Below are positions 37,905 through 47,159 of a stretch of 64,000 bases of DNA, piece by piece (position 1 is the first letter of the stretch; each line of letters starts with the position of its first letter). The notes beneath the pieces are model-generated. The model saw only the letters and a list, made by a program, of their open reading frames with translations, made no database searches and was not told where the DNA came from. Position numbers and translations under genes: made by a program. The DNA is taken from positions 9,571-73,570 of the forward strand of contig DWXS01000029.1 in the NCBI GenBank assembly GCA_019119045.1. The letters run 5' to 3'. Origin of the DNA: Candidatus Mailhella merdavium. GTDB lineage: Bacteria > Desulfobacterota > Desulfovibrionia > Desulfovibrionales > Desulfovibrionaceae.

Positions 37905-38972
37905 TCATGTTTCGCTGTCCGGCGTGTTTTTTGTCGAGCGTTCTGCCGGGGAAGGCTTTTTCTCCCTGTGTGCATACTGCTCAAGCATGGCCGTGAGTTT
38001 ATCCTGCAGTTCACGGCGCAGCCAGGCAGGACCCAGCACTTGCGCGTGTTCCCCGAAGCTCAGAACCCAGGCCAGCAGTTCCTGGCGGCTGCGGGCTGTG
38101 AGGGAAAGTGTGACGGAGCTATCCTTATGGACGCTAATATGCTGATCTTCGCTCCACCTGCGTTCTGCAACATAGGTAGAGACTGCCGGGCTGAAGCGGA
38201 TACGAGCCTTGAAGGGATCGCCTTCAAGGAGGCCGAAGGCCCCGGAAGATGTATCCTCCGCAGGGGGAAGCTGTTCTGAAGAACGGCGTGTCATGGTCAC
38301 TGCACGCAGACGATGCAGGGCCAGGGTTGTCGGCGTGTCATAGAGAGCCTCCACCCGGCCTTTATCCGTGACCACCCAGCCGCGCACAAAGAAGGCCTCG
38401 TGATAGACCTCAAGCAGCATGGGGGCGTAATCGTATTCCTTTTCCTCCGCGCTCAGGGAAGACTGATAGCGAACGGAACAGACACGGCGTTCACGCAGGG
38501 CGTGCAGTATGGTGTCCAGCATATGCTGAAAGGGGGTATAATCAATATAGCCCTTGGTCAGGGATTTGCCGGCGGGGAGTGCGGCGTGTTCTTTCGTTTC
38601 TTCCGCAGGCAAAAAGGCCGTACTCTGATTCAGAGCGGCTTCCGTATCCCGGCGCATGGATTCCGGCAAGAGGTGCAGCATGAAGTCGCGGCACAGCGCA
38701 AGCCGGCGCAGCCCTTCGGGGTTCAGGCAGACCCGTGGCGGCAGGTTCGGGCGCTCAAGGGAAAAGAAGGATTCGCGCCCATGCCTGCCGCGCCGCAGGC
38801 GGCCGTAGCTGAACCTTTCCAGTCCGTCCAGCAGGCGGCTTGCGGTCTGCTTGGAGCAGTTGAGCTTTTCCGCAATCTCGCCGAGGGAAAATTCCCGTCC
38901 GTTGAACAGCATGAGGCTGAACAGCATCAGACTTTTTTCCGTAGGCGTGGCGTCGTCTCTTTTCTGCGGCAT
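37905..38972 (-). CDS. WYL-domain transcriptional regulator (HTH-WYL-WCX)
   Basis: N-terminal HTH (FSLGEIAEKLNCSKQTASRLL); WYL (ILHALRERRVCSVRY...PMLLEVYHEAFFVRG...LALHRL); WCX (YVAERRWSEDQ...LLAWVLSFGEHAQVLGPAWLR). Confidence 0.92.
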   Translation of the reverse strand: MPQKRDDATPTEKSLMLFSLMLFNGREFSLGEIAEKLNCSKQTASRLLDGLERFSYGRLRRGRHGRESFFSLERPNLPPRVCLNPEGLRRLALCRDFMLHLLPESMRRDTEAALNQSTAFLPAEETKEHAALPAGKSLTKGYIDYTPFQHMLDTILHALRERRVCSVRYQSSLSAEEKEYDYAPMLLEVYHEAFFVRGWVVTDKGRVEALYDTPTTLALHRLRAVTMTRRSSEQLPPAEDTSSGAFGLLEGDPFKARIRFSPAVSTYVAERRWSEDQHISVHKDSSVTLSLTARSRQELLAWVLSFGEHAQVLGPAWLRRELQDKLTAMLEQYAHREKKPSPAERSTKNTPDSET

Positions 38973-39030
38973 GGGAATTCCCCGTATTTTTTCGGAATCT
39001 GAACAACGTGAAAGAGTCCGGCTTTCCTGT

Positions 39031-39071
39031 CCGCAACCCGGAAGAATATTACGCTGTCCGCCCGGGTTGCG
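39031..39071. other. Inverted repeat between the second DUF262 gene and the WYL gene
   Basis: CCGCAACCCGG ... CCGGGTTGCGG; no U-tract, so terminator, processing site or operator. Confidence 0.45.
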
Positions 39072-39078
39072 GGCATAT

Positions 39079-41646
39079 TCATGACAGAAGCCCCAGCTCT
39101 TTCATTCTGTCAAGGCAGTTCAGGGCCAGCTTTATTCTGTCCTCTTTATCATAACATATCCAGTCTTCTACGCCTTCCGGCTGCTCCTGGGGAATGGGCA
39201 GAGACCATGCGTCCTCTCCTTGTTTTTGGAGCTGATGTTCGCCGGCTTTGACTAGTTCTGTGATCTTGTCGTGAGGCAGAGGCTCGCCATTTTCACTCTG
39301 GATGAGCCATCTGTCCCAGAGGTACTCCGGGGGAACCTGGCCTTTCTGTTCTAGCGATTCCGTAGTACGGCCTGCTTCCATCTTCATCCGTATCTTTCCG
39401 AAGCGGACGTAATGACGGCTGCCGTCATTACCTTCTTCAATTTCAAGGTCTTTTATTTTTTCTCGGCTTTCCACGAGAAGCGTATGGATGAAGGGACTCC
39501 TGTAGTTCCCGGGGGTTCTATTTTTTTTTGCGACATGCTCGATCAAGAAAATGTCTGATGGAGTACAGTAGTGGCCTTTATAGCAGGGGGTACCAGCGCC
39601 GTCCTGCGGATCCGGACGCATGGCTCTGTACCTGACAAAATACCAGCGCCAGCTCAGAAATTTTGGTTTCTCATCTTCCTTTTCCTCTTCCTCCAACCAG
39701 GAATCTGCGATCTTTTTACAGGCGTTGACGAGAGTTTCCTGAGAAGGAGCATCCATCAGCTGCGGCAGATTATCCTTGAAGTCACACCTGAGCTTCTCCA
39801 GCAGTGATTGCAGGCAATGCCGTACGTCGCGGAAGGTACAATCGTCTGTGCTGGTGAGGATAACGGGAAGATCTTCCTTCCCCATAGACATTCGGGTCAG
39901 GTAGTAGTTCGATCTATAGCGCAGGGCAAAAACCCCCTGACTGAGCAGTGCCCGGAGCATCTCGTCGTATTCAGAGCCATCTGCAGTGGACAGGGCGGCA
40001 AGAACAGGGCGGGCCAGCAGCAGGCGTTCCCGTTTAAAGATGAAGTTTTTTCTGTTACTGTCGGGCCTTTGAGAAACGATCCAGTAATCCCATGTAGTTC
40101 GCGTGTTCGTGTACTTCTGCGAGTCTTCCTCTGATTCTTCGGAGAAGACGGCTATTCTGCCGCGCAGCAGCTTGTTATCTTCCAGATGGTTCAGCGCGGC
40201 GCGGAGCTCTCTGTCCTCCTTATGGTCACGCAGCAGATTGTATTTGGCCTGCTCTTCATGGAACTGGTACTCATCGAAGACGCTACATGGCTCCAGCTCG
40301 CCCTTGCACATGAGCTTCACCAGCGCCCGGACTCGAGCCTCGTGTTTGCTTTTATCAAAATCAGTATACTCAATCAGGTTACGCGCTATGCGCAGCCGTT
40401 TCATGATCTGAACTCTGCTGTCTTTCTGGATGCGCGCCAGCAGGAGCGCCAGCAGCATATAGGAAGCCTTGTAGTTTTTCGGACTGCTATCCTCGCAGCA
40501 GAGTTTGCCTAACGGATCGGGCGTTGTTGAATCAAAGAGGGGTATTTTCTGCTCGGCCGGGTCTTCGCCGGGAGAGGCGGAATCCTGAGTGTCCCCTTTC
40601 AGGTCTGTAACATAGTCGTGAAAAAAGGGATTTTCGTTCGGAGCTTGTTCTTTCAGGGAGCGATATTCCTCCGCCAGCACATCCAGCGCGTTGATCATGA
40701 AGTCCAGATTTGAACAGTTTTCAAGCAGAGGCCTGCCTTCGTCGTCAAATGCACGACAAAGGCGCTCGAACAGGCCCTCTTCCTTTGTGTCGCTGCAGAA
40801 CATATCGGCAAGAAAGGTCAGAAAGCGGACAAGGGCGGCATCCGCTTCCACAGCCCTGTCTTCCTGTTTTTTGCTGATATGCCAGAACAGCTCCTGCCAG
40901 TCCGTATCCAGCTTTTTTTCAATGTTTTTTAGCTGCTCAGAAGTTGCGCCCCGTTTCACCCTCGGGGAGTTGAGGAGCCGGGCCTTGAGATGCTCGAATT
41001 CCGTTAGCTGTTTGCCGCGGGCGTTCATTTTGATAAAAAGCTCTTCGGAGCCGGTATCCAGATCCTTCAGTTCCGCAAAGTGAAAGACGAGGAGTTCTTC
41101 CTCCAGCCGTTCCCAGAGCATCTGCTTGTCCATGTCTTTGAATTGCTTGTGTATGTCATGCAGCATGGTCAGCATGCCTTTGACAGTGGGGTCGTTCTCC
41201 CAGTCCGGATTAAACCAGCCCTGCGCGGAGATGAGTTCTTCAGGGCTTTTGTCAGACTCAACGGAGATATTTTTAGTGCAGAGGCAGTTGACAAACCGAT
41301 GCGCGTGTTCCCGCACTTCATATTGAAAATGTTGCAGAAATTTTCTGTCTTTACCTGCTTGCACAGCTGCATACCAGTGAAGCAAAAAAAGCGAGGTCAG
41401 ACGCTGTTGGCCGTCAAAAGGCAGAAATTCACGCGCATTGTCGTTATCCCTGTATTCCCCATAAATGACGCCAAGGTGCAGCGTCTTACCTTTCTGCAAA
41501 CTGTCATCCATGGCCTGTAAAAGATGTTTGCGAACGTCCGTTTCATGAGGGAGTTCTCTGCCCTGGGCGTAATCCCTCTGGATGCGCGGTATGTGTATGA
41601 TGCACTTTTGCTCTCTGATAAGATTCAGGAATGTCATAGTTTTCAT
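39079..41646 (-). CDS. DUF262 (ParB/Srx-like, GmrS-type) protein with long uncharacterised C-terminus
   Basis: IPRIQRDYAQGR, LPFDGQQRLTSLFLL and FIKMNARGKQLTEFEHLKA are the three DUF262 motifs. Confidence 0.88.
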   Translation of the reverse strand: MKTMTFLNLIREQKCIIHIPRIQRDYAQGRELPHETDVRKHLLQAMDDSLQKGKTLHLGVIYGEYRDNDNAREFLPFDGQQRLTSLFLLHWYAAVQAGKDRKFLQHFQYEVREHAHRFVNCLCTKNISVESDKSPEELISAQGWFNPDWENDPTVKGMLTMLHDIHKQFKDMDKQMLWERLEEELLVFHFAELKDLDTGSEELFIKMNARGKQLTEFEHLKARLLNSPRVKRGATSEQLKNIEKKLDTDWQELFWHISKKQEDRAVEADAALVRFLTFLADMFCSDTKEEGLFERLCRAFDDEGRPLLENCSNLDFMINALDVLAEEYRSLKEQAPNENPFFHDYVTDLKGDTQDSASPGEDPAEQKIPLFDSTTPDPLGKLCCEDSSPKNYKASYMLLALLLARIQKDSRVQIMKRLRIARNLIEYTDFDKSKHEARVRALVKLMCKGELEPCSVFDEYQFHEEQAKYNLLRDHKEDRELRAALNHLEDNKLLRGRIAVFSEESEEDSQKYTNTRTTWDYWIVSQRPDSNRKNFIFKRERLLLARPVLAALSTADGSEYDEMLRALLSQGVFALRYRSNYYLTRMSMGKEDLPVILTSTDDCTFRDVRHCLQSLLEKLRCDFKDNLPQLMDAPSQETLVNACKKIADSWLEEEEKEDEKPKFLSWRWYFVRYRAMRPDPQDGAGTPCYKGHYCTPSDIFLIEHVAKKNRTPGNYRSPFIHTLLVESREKIKDLEIEEGNDGSRHYVRFGKIRMKMEAGRTTESLEQKGQVPPEYLWDRWLIQSENGEPLPHDKITELVKAGEHQLQKQGEDAWSLPIPQEQPEGVEDWICYDKEDRIKLALNCLDRMKELGLLS

Positions 41647-41657
41647 ATTTACCTTTC

Positions 41658-43532
41658 CTAAAAGGATAGATCGAATTCTTTCAGAACACTCTTGAGAAGT
41701 GTTTTGTAGTTATCTCTGTCTGTCTGCGACCAGAACGGAAGTTCGTTGCCCTTTTCCTTTTCTTTTTTCTTTTCGGGAAGGATCCTCAAAAATACGGCCT
41801 CTGTTCCCGGAAGCAGAAAGCAGTCAGAGCCTGTGGTTAATTGTTCCCTGAGCTTCTCCCTGATCATTGATTGTTTTTTCAGAAAAATGCGATTATTCAC
41901 TGAGCTGTTTGTACTCTGATCAAGGAGAGCAAGATTATACAGTCCGTGTATATTGCTTTCCTTATAATCTGTATATTCGTTAATATATGTATTTATATCA
42001 TCTATTAGTTTTCTGTATTCCTCAAGGTCATGTTTTTTCAGGATTTCATCAATCCTTTTCAATAATTTTGTGCCATTATCAGTATGATTATCTTCTTGAT
42101 GAGGTGATTCAGTGAGCTTTTCGATGAGTTCTTTGTGATCCGTTATCCATGATTCATATTTATCTTCGGGAAGATCTTCTACGTTTCGAGCTTCAATATG
42201 CTCCAGTGACCATGTTGTTTTTTGGTATTGCACAAAGGAAAATCGCTGCCTTTTTCGATGTGTCAATTCAATATTGAAGAGAAGAAGCAGATTGTAAATC
42301 TCATCATTGTGTTGGGAATAAAACATTTCATCAGGCTCGATGCGGAACGCTGACCAGATGCCATTTTTGATCGTTGTCTCGGAGAGGGGGATGAGGCTGT
42401 TGGTGTCTTGCGGGATCAGTGTCTTCCATCTTTTTAGCCATCTTTTCAGCCAGTCGTCCTGCCCGCCTTTAACTTTAAGATTCATCAGAAAACCGATCCG
42501 GTGATAATACTCCGGATTATCATACCATCTGCGCATATGTCCGAAAAGGCAGGTGAGTTCATCCCAGATTTCCTGCCCGGATTTTTCTTGCACATACGGC
42601 CCGTTCCGGCTGTTCGCGCTCCTTCCGTTCAGGGCTTCATAGAGGAGCTTGAACAGAGGGTGCGTTTCGGTTTCCTTTTTCGACTTTTTGAGGAAATAAA
42701 GCTGCAGCAGAATTTCCATATATGTCGGGCCGCTTTCCGGGTATCCCAGAAAAGCCCTAAAATCCGGACGGCACAGCTCCCGTTCCATCGTGTCCCACAT
42801 ATGGGCGCGAAGATTCTGTTGGGAAAGATCCGCGTTTTTGTCCGAGAGCAGGAGCGCCCGGCAGAGTTCGGCCTCCGTGAGCGGGATACGTCCCATATTC
42901 AGGCGGATGAAGTGTTCGGCACTATTGACTTCGCGGTCATAGTCTCCGGTATCGTACCAGAGGACGACGCTGCGCTTCAGCAGGGCTTCGTGCAGTCGCT
43001 TCAGTTTTTCCTCGTCTTCCCCATCACAGAGCTTGAGAAAGGTCTTGCAGACCTCGCGCAGATAATATTCATCCATAATGGCATCCGGGCAATGCGTATT
43101 CGCCTGATCCGGGTTTTTGATGAGGCTGACCAGCAGCGAGGAGCTAGGTTCGCGGGTGTCATATGTTATGGTAAATTCGAGTCCTGTGCAGGCAGCTCCC
43201 CCGAGTTTGTGCCGCAGCACGGCATCCAGGAGCAGTGCGGTGGTCAGGCGCTGCTGGCCGTCAATGAGTTCCCAGCGGTCGTCAGCCCCAGCCGTCTTTG
43301 CCGTGAAATCCGGCTCCAAATTCCGACTGACAACGATCATTTGCAGGAAATAGTGTTTGTTCTTTTTGTCCTCAGAAGACTTGTCCTCTGTAAATCTTTC
43401 GAGATCCTCAAACAAAAGCCCGGCGTGTTCTTTTGTCCAGCGATAGCCGCGCTGGTAGGCTTTGACGCAAAACCTTCCTTTCAGTTCTCCAAGGGCTTTG
43501 AGATCGTTTTCCCTGTCGACTGTGTTGTTCAT
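41658..43532 (-). CDS. DUF262 + DUF1524 (HNH) GmrSD-like protein
   Basis: YQRGYRW, LIDGQQRLTT, FIRLNMGRIPLT (DUF262); WSLEHIEA...LYNLALLDQSTNSSVNNRIFLKK (DUF1524 HNH). Confidence 0.9.
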   Translation of the reverse strand: MNNTVDRENDLKALGELKGRFCVKAYQRGYRWTKEHAGLLFEDLERFTEDKSSEDKKNKHYFLQMIVVSRNLEPDFTAKTAGADDRWELIDGQQRLTTALLLDAVLRHKLGGAACTGLEFTITYDTREPSSSLLVSLIKNPDQANTHCPDAIMDEYYLREVCKTFLKLCDGEDEEKLKRLHEALLKRSVVLWYDTGDYDREVNSAEHFIRLNMGRIPLTEAELCRALLLSDKNADLSQQNLRAHMWDTMERELCRPDFRAFLGYPESGPTYMEILLQLYFLKKSKKETETHPLFKLLYEALNGRSANSRNGPYVQEKSGQEIWDELTCLFGHMRRWYDNPEYYHRIGFLMNLKVKGGQDDWLKRWLKRWKTLIPQDTNSLIPLSETTIKNGIWSAFRIEPDEMFYSQHNDEIYNLLLLFNIELTHRKRQRFSFVQYQKTTWSLEHIEARNVEDLPEDKYESWITDHKELIEKLTESPHQEDNHTDNGTKLLKRIDEILKKHDLEEYRKLIDDINTYINEYTDYKESNIHGLYNLALLDQSTNSSVNNRIFLKKQSMIREKLREQLTTGSDCFLLPGTEAVFLRILPEKKKEKEKGNELPFWSQTDRDNYKTLLKSVLKEFDLSF

Positions 43533-43606
43533 GGATCTTTCCTCGCTTCATGGGGATGGTTTCATGGGAAAATATATCAGCCGGCTCATCCGGATGAAAG
43601 GGCCTT

Positions 43607-45865
43607 TCAGCTCCGGAAGCCGATTTTCCGTTCCTTTCGATCCAGTTTTGCCGTCTGTTCCAGGCGCAGCTCGTCCAGCAGTTCCCGGTGCTGCGTTTCT
43701 CCGGGAAGATCCAGCCAGTGTCTGGAGCGCACAGCATGAAAGTCCCCCGGCGTCAGACGGGACATATCGCTCAGTTCCTGTTTCAGATCCGCAGGCAGGG
43801 CGGAACCTGCCAGAGGGGCCAGGATGCTTTCATACAGAGCCTGACACTGCGCGCTCCCCGCGTAGGTGAAGGCCACCTTGAAGGAAAAGCGGCGCATGGC
43901 TGCCGCGTCCATGGACTCCCGCCGGTTGGTCGTGCAGACGCACAAGCCCCGGAACCGTTCCAAGCTGGTGAGGAATTCGTTGACCAGGGTATGTTCCCAG
44001 TTGTGGAGCGCGGTATCCCGGGAAAAGATGAAGCTGTCCGCCTCATCGATGAGCAGCAGCGCGCCCGAGCGTTCCGCCTCGGCAAAGGTCCGGGCGATGT
44101 TTTTTTCGCTTTCGCCCACATACATATTGAGGAGATCGCTGGCACGACGCACCAGACATTCCCGATTCAGCATACGGGCGATATGATGAGCCAGCGCGCT
44201 TTTTCCCGTACCGGGAGGGCCGTAGAACAGCATGGCGCCGCAGCCGGGAGGCAGTTCCGTTTGTCCGCTCGTGTTCCGCATATGTGCGTCCAGACGACGG
44301 CAGCGTTCAAGCAGTTTGTCCAGACTTTTTTCGGTACAGACGCCGTCAAGGGTATAGTTTTCCTCTCCCGTATGCGGAACGGGCCGGGCTGTGCCGTTAT
44401 TGCGAACCTGCACATAGGCATCGAGTACCCGCCGCAGCGTGGCAAAGAAGTTTTTCCTGCCCCTGCACAAGGCGCGGCCCTGCGCCGCAGCATTGTTGAT
44501 GACCCCGGCAGGCACATCATAATCCCGCACCAGAGATTCCCGTTCCGACTCGCTCAGACGCGCCGCAACGTCATGGCGCTGCAGAATGCGATCCCACACT
44601 CTCCCGCGTTCCTGTGTACCCAGACGGCTGAAATGAATGCTGAAGGTAAATCGTCTGCGTACGGCCTGATCAATATGTTCGATGTGATTGGTTATCCAGA
44701 TGACTCTCTGACCGGGCTTTTCCAGAAAATCATTGAGCCATGCCTTGTCCTTGGTCTGACGACCGAAGACCAGATTTGTTTCAAGCATGCGTTCAGCCTC
44801 GTCCACCAGCACGAAGGCTCCGGGCGAACGTGAGGCCATGTGGATGCAGGCCGCAAGGGAACAGCGCCGATCATCGTCGTCGTCCTGACGGCGGCTGACC
44901 ACGGAGAAAGCCTTTACGTCCAGAGAGGCGGCAAGGCTGTTTGCCAGCGCGCTTTTTCCCGTGCCGGGTTCGCCGTAGAACAGCAGGTGGACGGGCTCCT
45001 TGCCGGGGTGGGCCAGAAGTCTGCGCACATGTTCCAGCATCTGCGGATCGTGAGGAAAGTCCGCCAGATCAAGCGCTTCACCCTTGAGTATGCGGAAAAA
45101 TTCCTGACCGTCCGGCAGGCCGTTGTTCCGCCACAGCTCGGCGATATCATCGTTGAGACTGAATCGATCCGGGTCAGATTCCAGACAGCCGCAATCCTGC
45201 AGACTGTGCAGCGCGGTCTTCAGCTCGGCGGGCCTGAGCTGAAGCATGAAGGCCAGAGCATGCCTCCTGCTGTAGTGATTGAGATGGAGATCATCTTCAA
45301 AATAGCGTTCCACCGGAGGGAAGCTGTCCTTGAGGAAAATGAATTCGCTCAGGCGGCAGCTTGCCGCATCAAGCCCGAACAGTTCGTGCAGTTTACGCCG
45401 GGCCTGCCGGAGGGGATCCTTTTTCATGCGGGCTGCCGCAGCGGCACACAGTTCCTGTACAGCGTCCACAAAAAAACGTTGTAGTACAGGATGCTCTCCC
45501 AGCAGCTCTTCCGCCAGATTTGCGCTTACGCGGGGTGAACACTTTGCTCTGGCGGAAAACTCCTGCAGGGCCTCTGCTTCCCCGTCAGGCAGCCGTTCCT
45601 GCAGTCTGGAGAGATGACGAAGTACCGGGGCTGTGCCGCCGCAGACCCAGAACAGACAGGCAAAAAAATCAGAGTCCAGGGTGACATGCATATCCAGAAC
45701 CCTGCCCAGCCACAGAGAGGCTCTTGCCCTGGCATAATGCTCTACGCTGCCCTGCATGATGCTCTTTACCTCCCGCCGTCTGAGATTCCTGTTTATGTGC
45801 CGCACGAAGTCCTCATCCATAACTGTTCTCCAGCTTTTGCCGCAGTCGTTCAATGTGCGGAGCAT
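43607..45865 (-). CDS. Tandem (double) AAA+ ATPase
   Basis: D1 LLFYGEPGTGKS / VLVDEAE / WITN..IDQAVRRRF; D2 MLFYGPPGTGKS / MYVGESEKNI / LLIDEADS / TTN..MDAAAMRRF; C-terminal KIGF. Confidence 0.92.
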   Translation of the reverse strand: MLRTLNDCGKSWRTVMDEDFVRHINRNLRRREVKSIMQGSVEHYARARASLWLGRVLDMHVTLDSDFFACLFWVCGGTAPVLRHLSRLQERLPDGEAEALQEFSARAKCSPRVSANLAEELLGEHPVLQRFFVDAVQELCAAAAARMKKDPLRQARRKLHELFGLDAASCRLSEFIFLKDSFPPVERYFEDDLHLNHYSRRHALAFMLQLRPAELKTALHSLQDCGCLESDPDRFSLNDDIAELWRNNGLPDGQEFFRILKGEALDLADFPHDPQMLEHVRRLLAHPGKEPVHLLFYGEPGTGKSALANSLAASLDVKAFSVVSRRQDDDDDRRCSLAACIHMASRSPGAFVLVDEAERMLETNLVFGRQTKDKAWLNDFLEKPGQRVIWITNHIEHIDQAVRRRFTFSIHFSRLGTQERGRVWDRILQRHDVAARLSESERESLVRDYDVPAGVINNAAAQGRALCRGRKNFFATLRRVLDAYVQVRNNGTARPVPHTGEENYTLDGVCTEKSLDKLLERCRRLDAHMRNTSGQTELPPGCGAMLFYGPPGTGKSALAHHIARMLNRECLVRRASDLLNMYVGESEKNIARTFAEAERSGALLLIDEADSFIFSRDTALHNWEHTLVNEFLTSLERFRGLCVCTTNRRESMDAAAMRRFSFKVAFTYAGSAQCQALYESILAPLAGSALPADLKQELSDMSRLTPGDFHAVRSRHWLDLPGETQHRELLDELRLEQTAKLDRKERKIGFRS

Positions 45866-45922
45866 ACGATCGCATCGTTCCAGATTCTGATGTCTTTCGG
45901 AACAATATTTCTATTTCGGATG

Positions 45923-45960
45923 TTGTAGCGGAGCCGACCGGGTTGACAGGGGTTCGTCGG
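45923..45960 (-). promoter_or_regulatory. Putative promoter/operator of the AAA-DUF262-WYL operon
   Basis: Minus strand CCGAC-GAACCCCTGTCAACCCG-GTCGG inverted repeat followed by TACAAC (-10-like); plus strand TTGACA at 45943-45948 inside it. Confidence 0.35.
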
Positions 45961-46125
45961 GATGGAATCTTTGCTCTCCGTATTTCCGGCTGTCTTCCGG
46001 TTTTTCTTTCCCTCGGAGAGAACGGTCTTTTCCCGTTTCCCGCAAAGGCGGAGGGGCGTCCGGAAAGATTTTCCGTGCGGCCTTTATCCTGCGGATGAAA
46101 GCATGAAAAGCGAGGAGTCCGGAGC

Positions 46126-46935
46126 ATGCTGGGAGCCATTGTCGGCGATATTGTGGGCAGTCCTTACGAGTTTACCCCGAACAACATCAAGACGGAAAAT
46201 TTTCCTCTGTTCAAAGCGGAATCGCACGCGACCGACGATACGGTAATGACGCTGGCCGTTGCGGAAGCTCTGATGCAATCCTGGGGTGGAACGGATGAGG
46301 AGATCCGGGCGGCGCTGATCGCGTCCATGCGCGCATGGGGAAAGGCCTATCCCTATGCGGGGTACGGAAAACGCTTCATACTCTGGTTGAATGCGGAGCA
46401 TCCCCGGCCTTATCACAGTTACGGCAACGGTTCCGCCATGCGTGTTTCCTCTGCCGCCTGGCTGGCTTCTTCGCTGGAAGAGGCGTGCCGTCTTGCGGAA
46501 CTTTCGGCTCTGGTCACGCATAATCACCCGGAGGGCGTCAAGGGGGCGGTTGCGACGGCTGCGGCCATATTCATGGCGCGGCAGGGCGAATCCGGAGCAA
46601 CGGTGCGGGCCTGGGTGAAACGCGAATGCGGTTATGATCTGAGCCGGAGGCTGGAGGATATACGTCCCGGGTATGTGCATGTGGAATCCTGTCAGGAAAC
46701 CGTGCCGGAGGCCATTACGGCGGCACTTTCCGGAAAAGGTTTCGAGGATGTGATCCGTAAGGCCGTTTCGCTGGGAGGGGACAGCGATACGCTGACGGCC
46801 ATTGCCGGGAGCATTGCCGAAGGCTGGTATCCCGTACCTGCCGAGATGGAAAGGGAAGTCCTTGCCCGGCTGGATGAGCGGCAGAAAGCCTGCCTTGCTT
46901 CCTTCCGGCGTTTTTGTGCCGGGATTGCCGGGTAG
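46126..46935 (+). CDS. ADP-ribosylglycohydrolase family protein
   Basis: MLGAIVGDIVGS, TDDTVMT, SYGNGSAMRVS, THNHPEG, LGGDSDT..AIAGSIA. Confidence 0.93.
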   Translation: MLGAIVGDIVGSPYEFTPNNIKTENFPLFKAESHATDDTVMTLAVAEALMQSWGGTDEEIRAALIASMRAWGKAYPYAGYGKRFILWLNAEHPRPYHSYGNGSAMRVSSAAWLASSLEEACRLAELSALVTHNHPEGVKGAVATAAAIFMARQGESGATVRAWVKRECGYDLSRRLEDIRPGYVHVESCQETVPEAITAALSGKGFEDVIRKAVSLGGDSDTLTAIAGSIAEGWYPVPAEMEREVLARLDERQKACLASFRRFCAGIAG

Positions 46936-47159
46936 CACTTATAGCGGGGGGGCTGTCTCCTTGGGGATTATGGCAGGCTGTGCCGGAGCGGCATTCCGGG
47001 CCGCAGGCGGATGCGTCCGTCATCATGTTTCCCGAGCGTCATCCAGAAGTTTCCGCGGCAGTGCAATTTCCCCGTTTCGGCAAAGAGACATATGGTATGC
47101 TGTTCCGAAAGAGCGGAATCTGTAAGGACAGCGGCTTTTTTTCAGGCCGGAGTACATAT

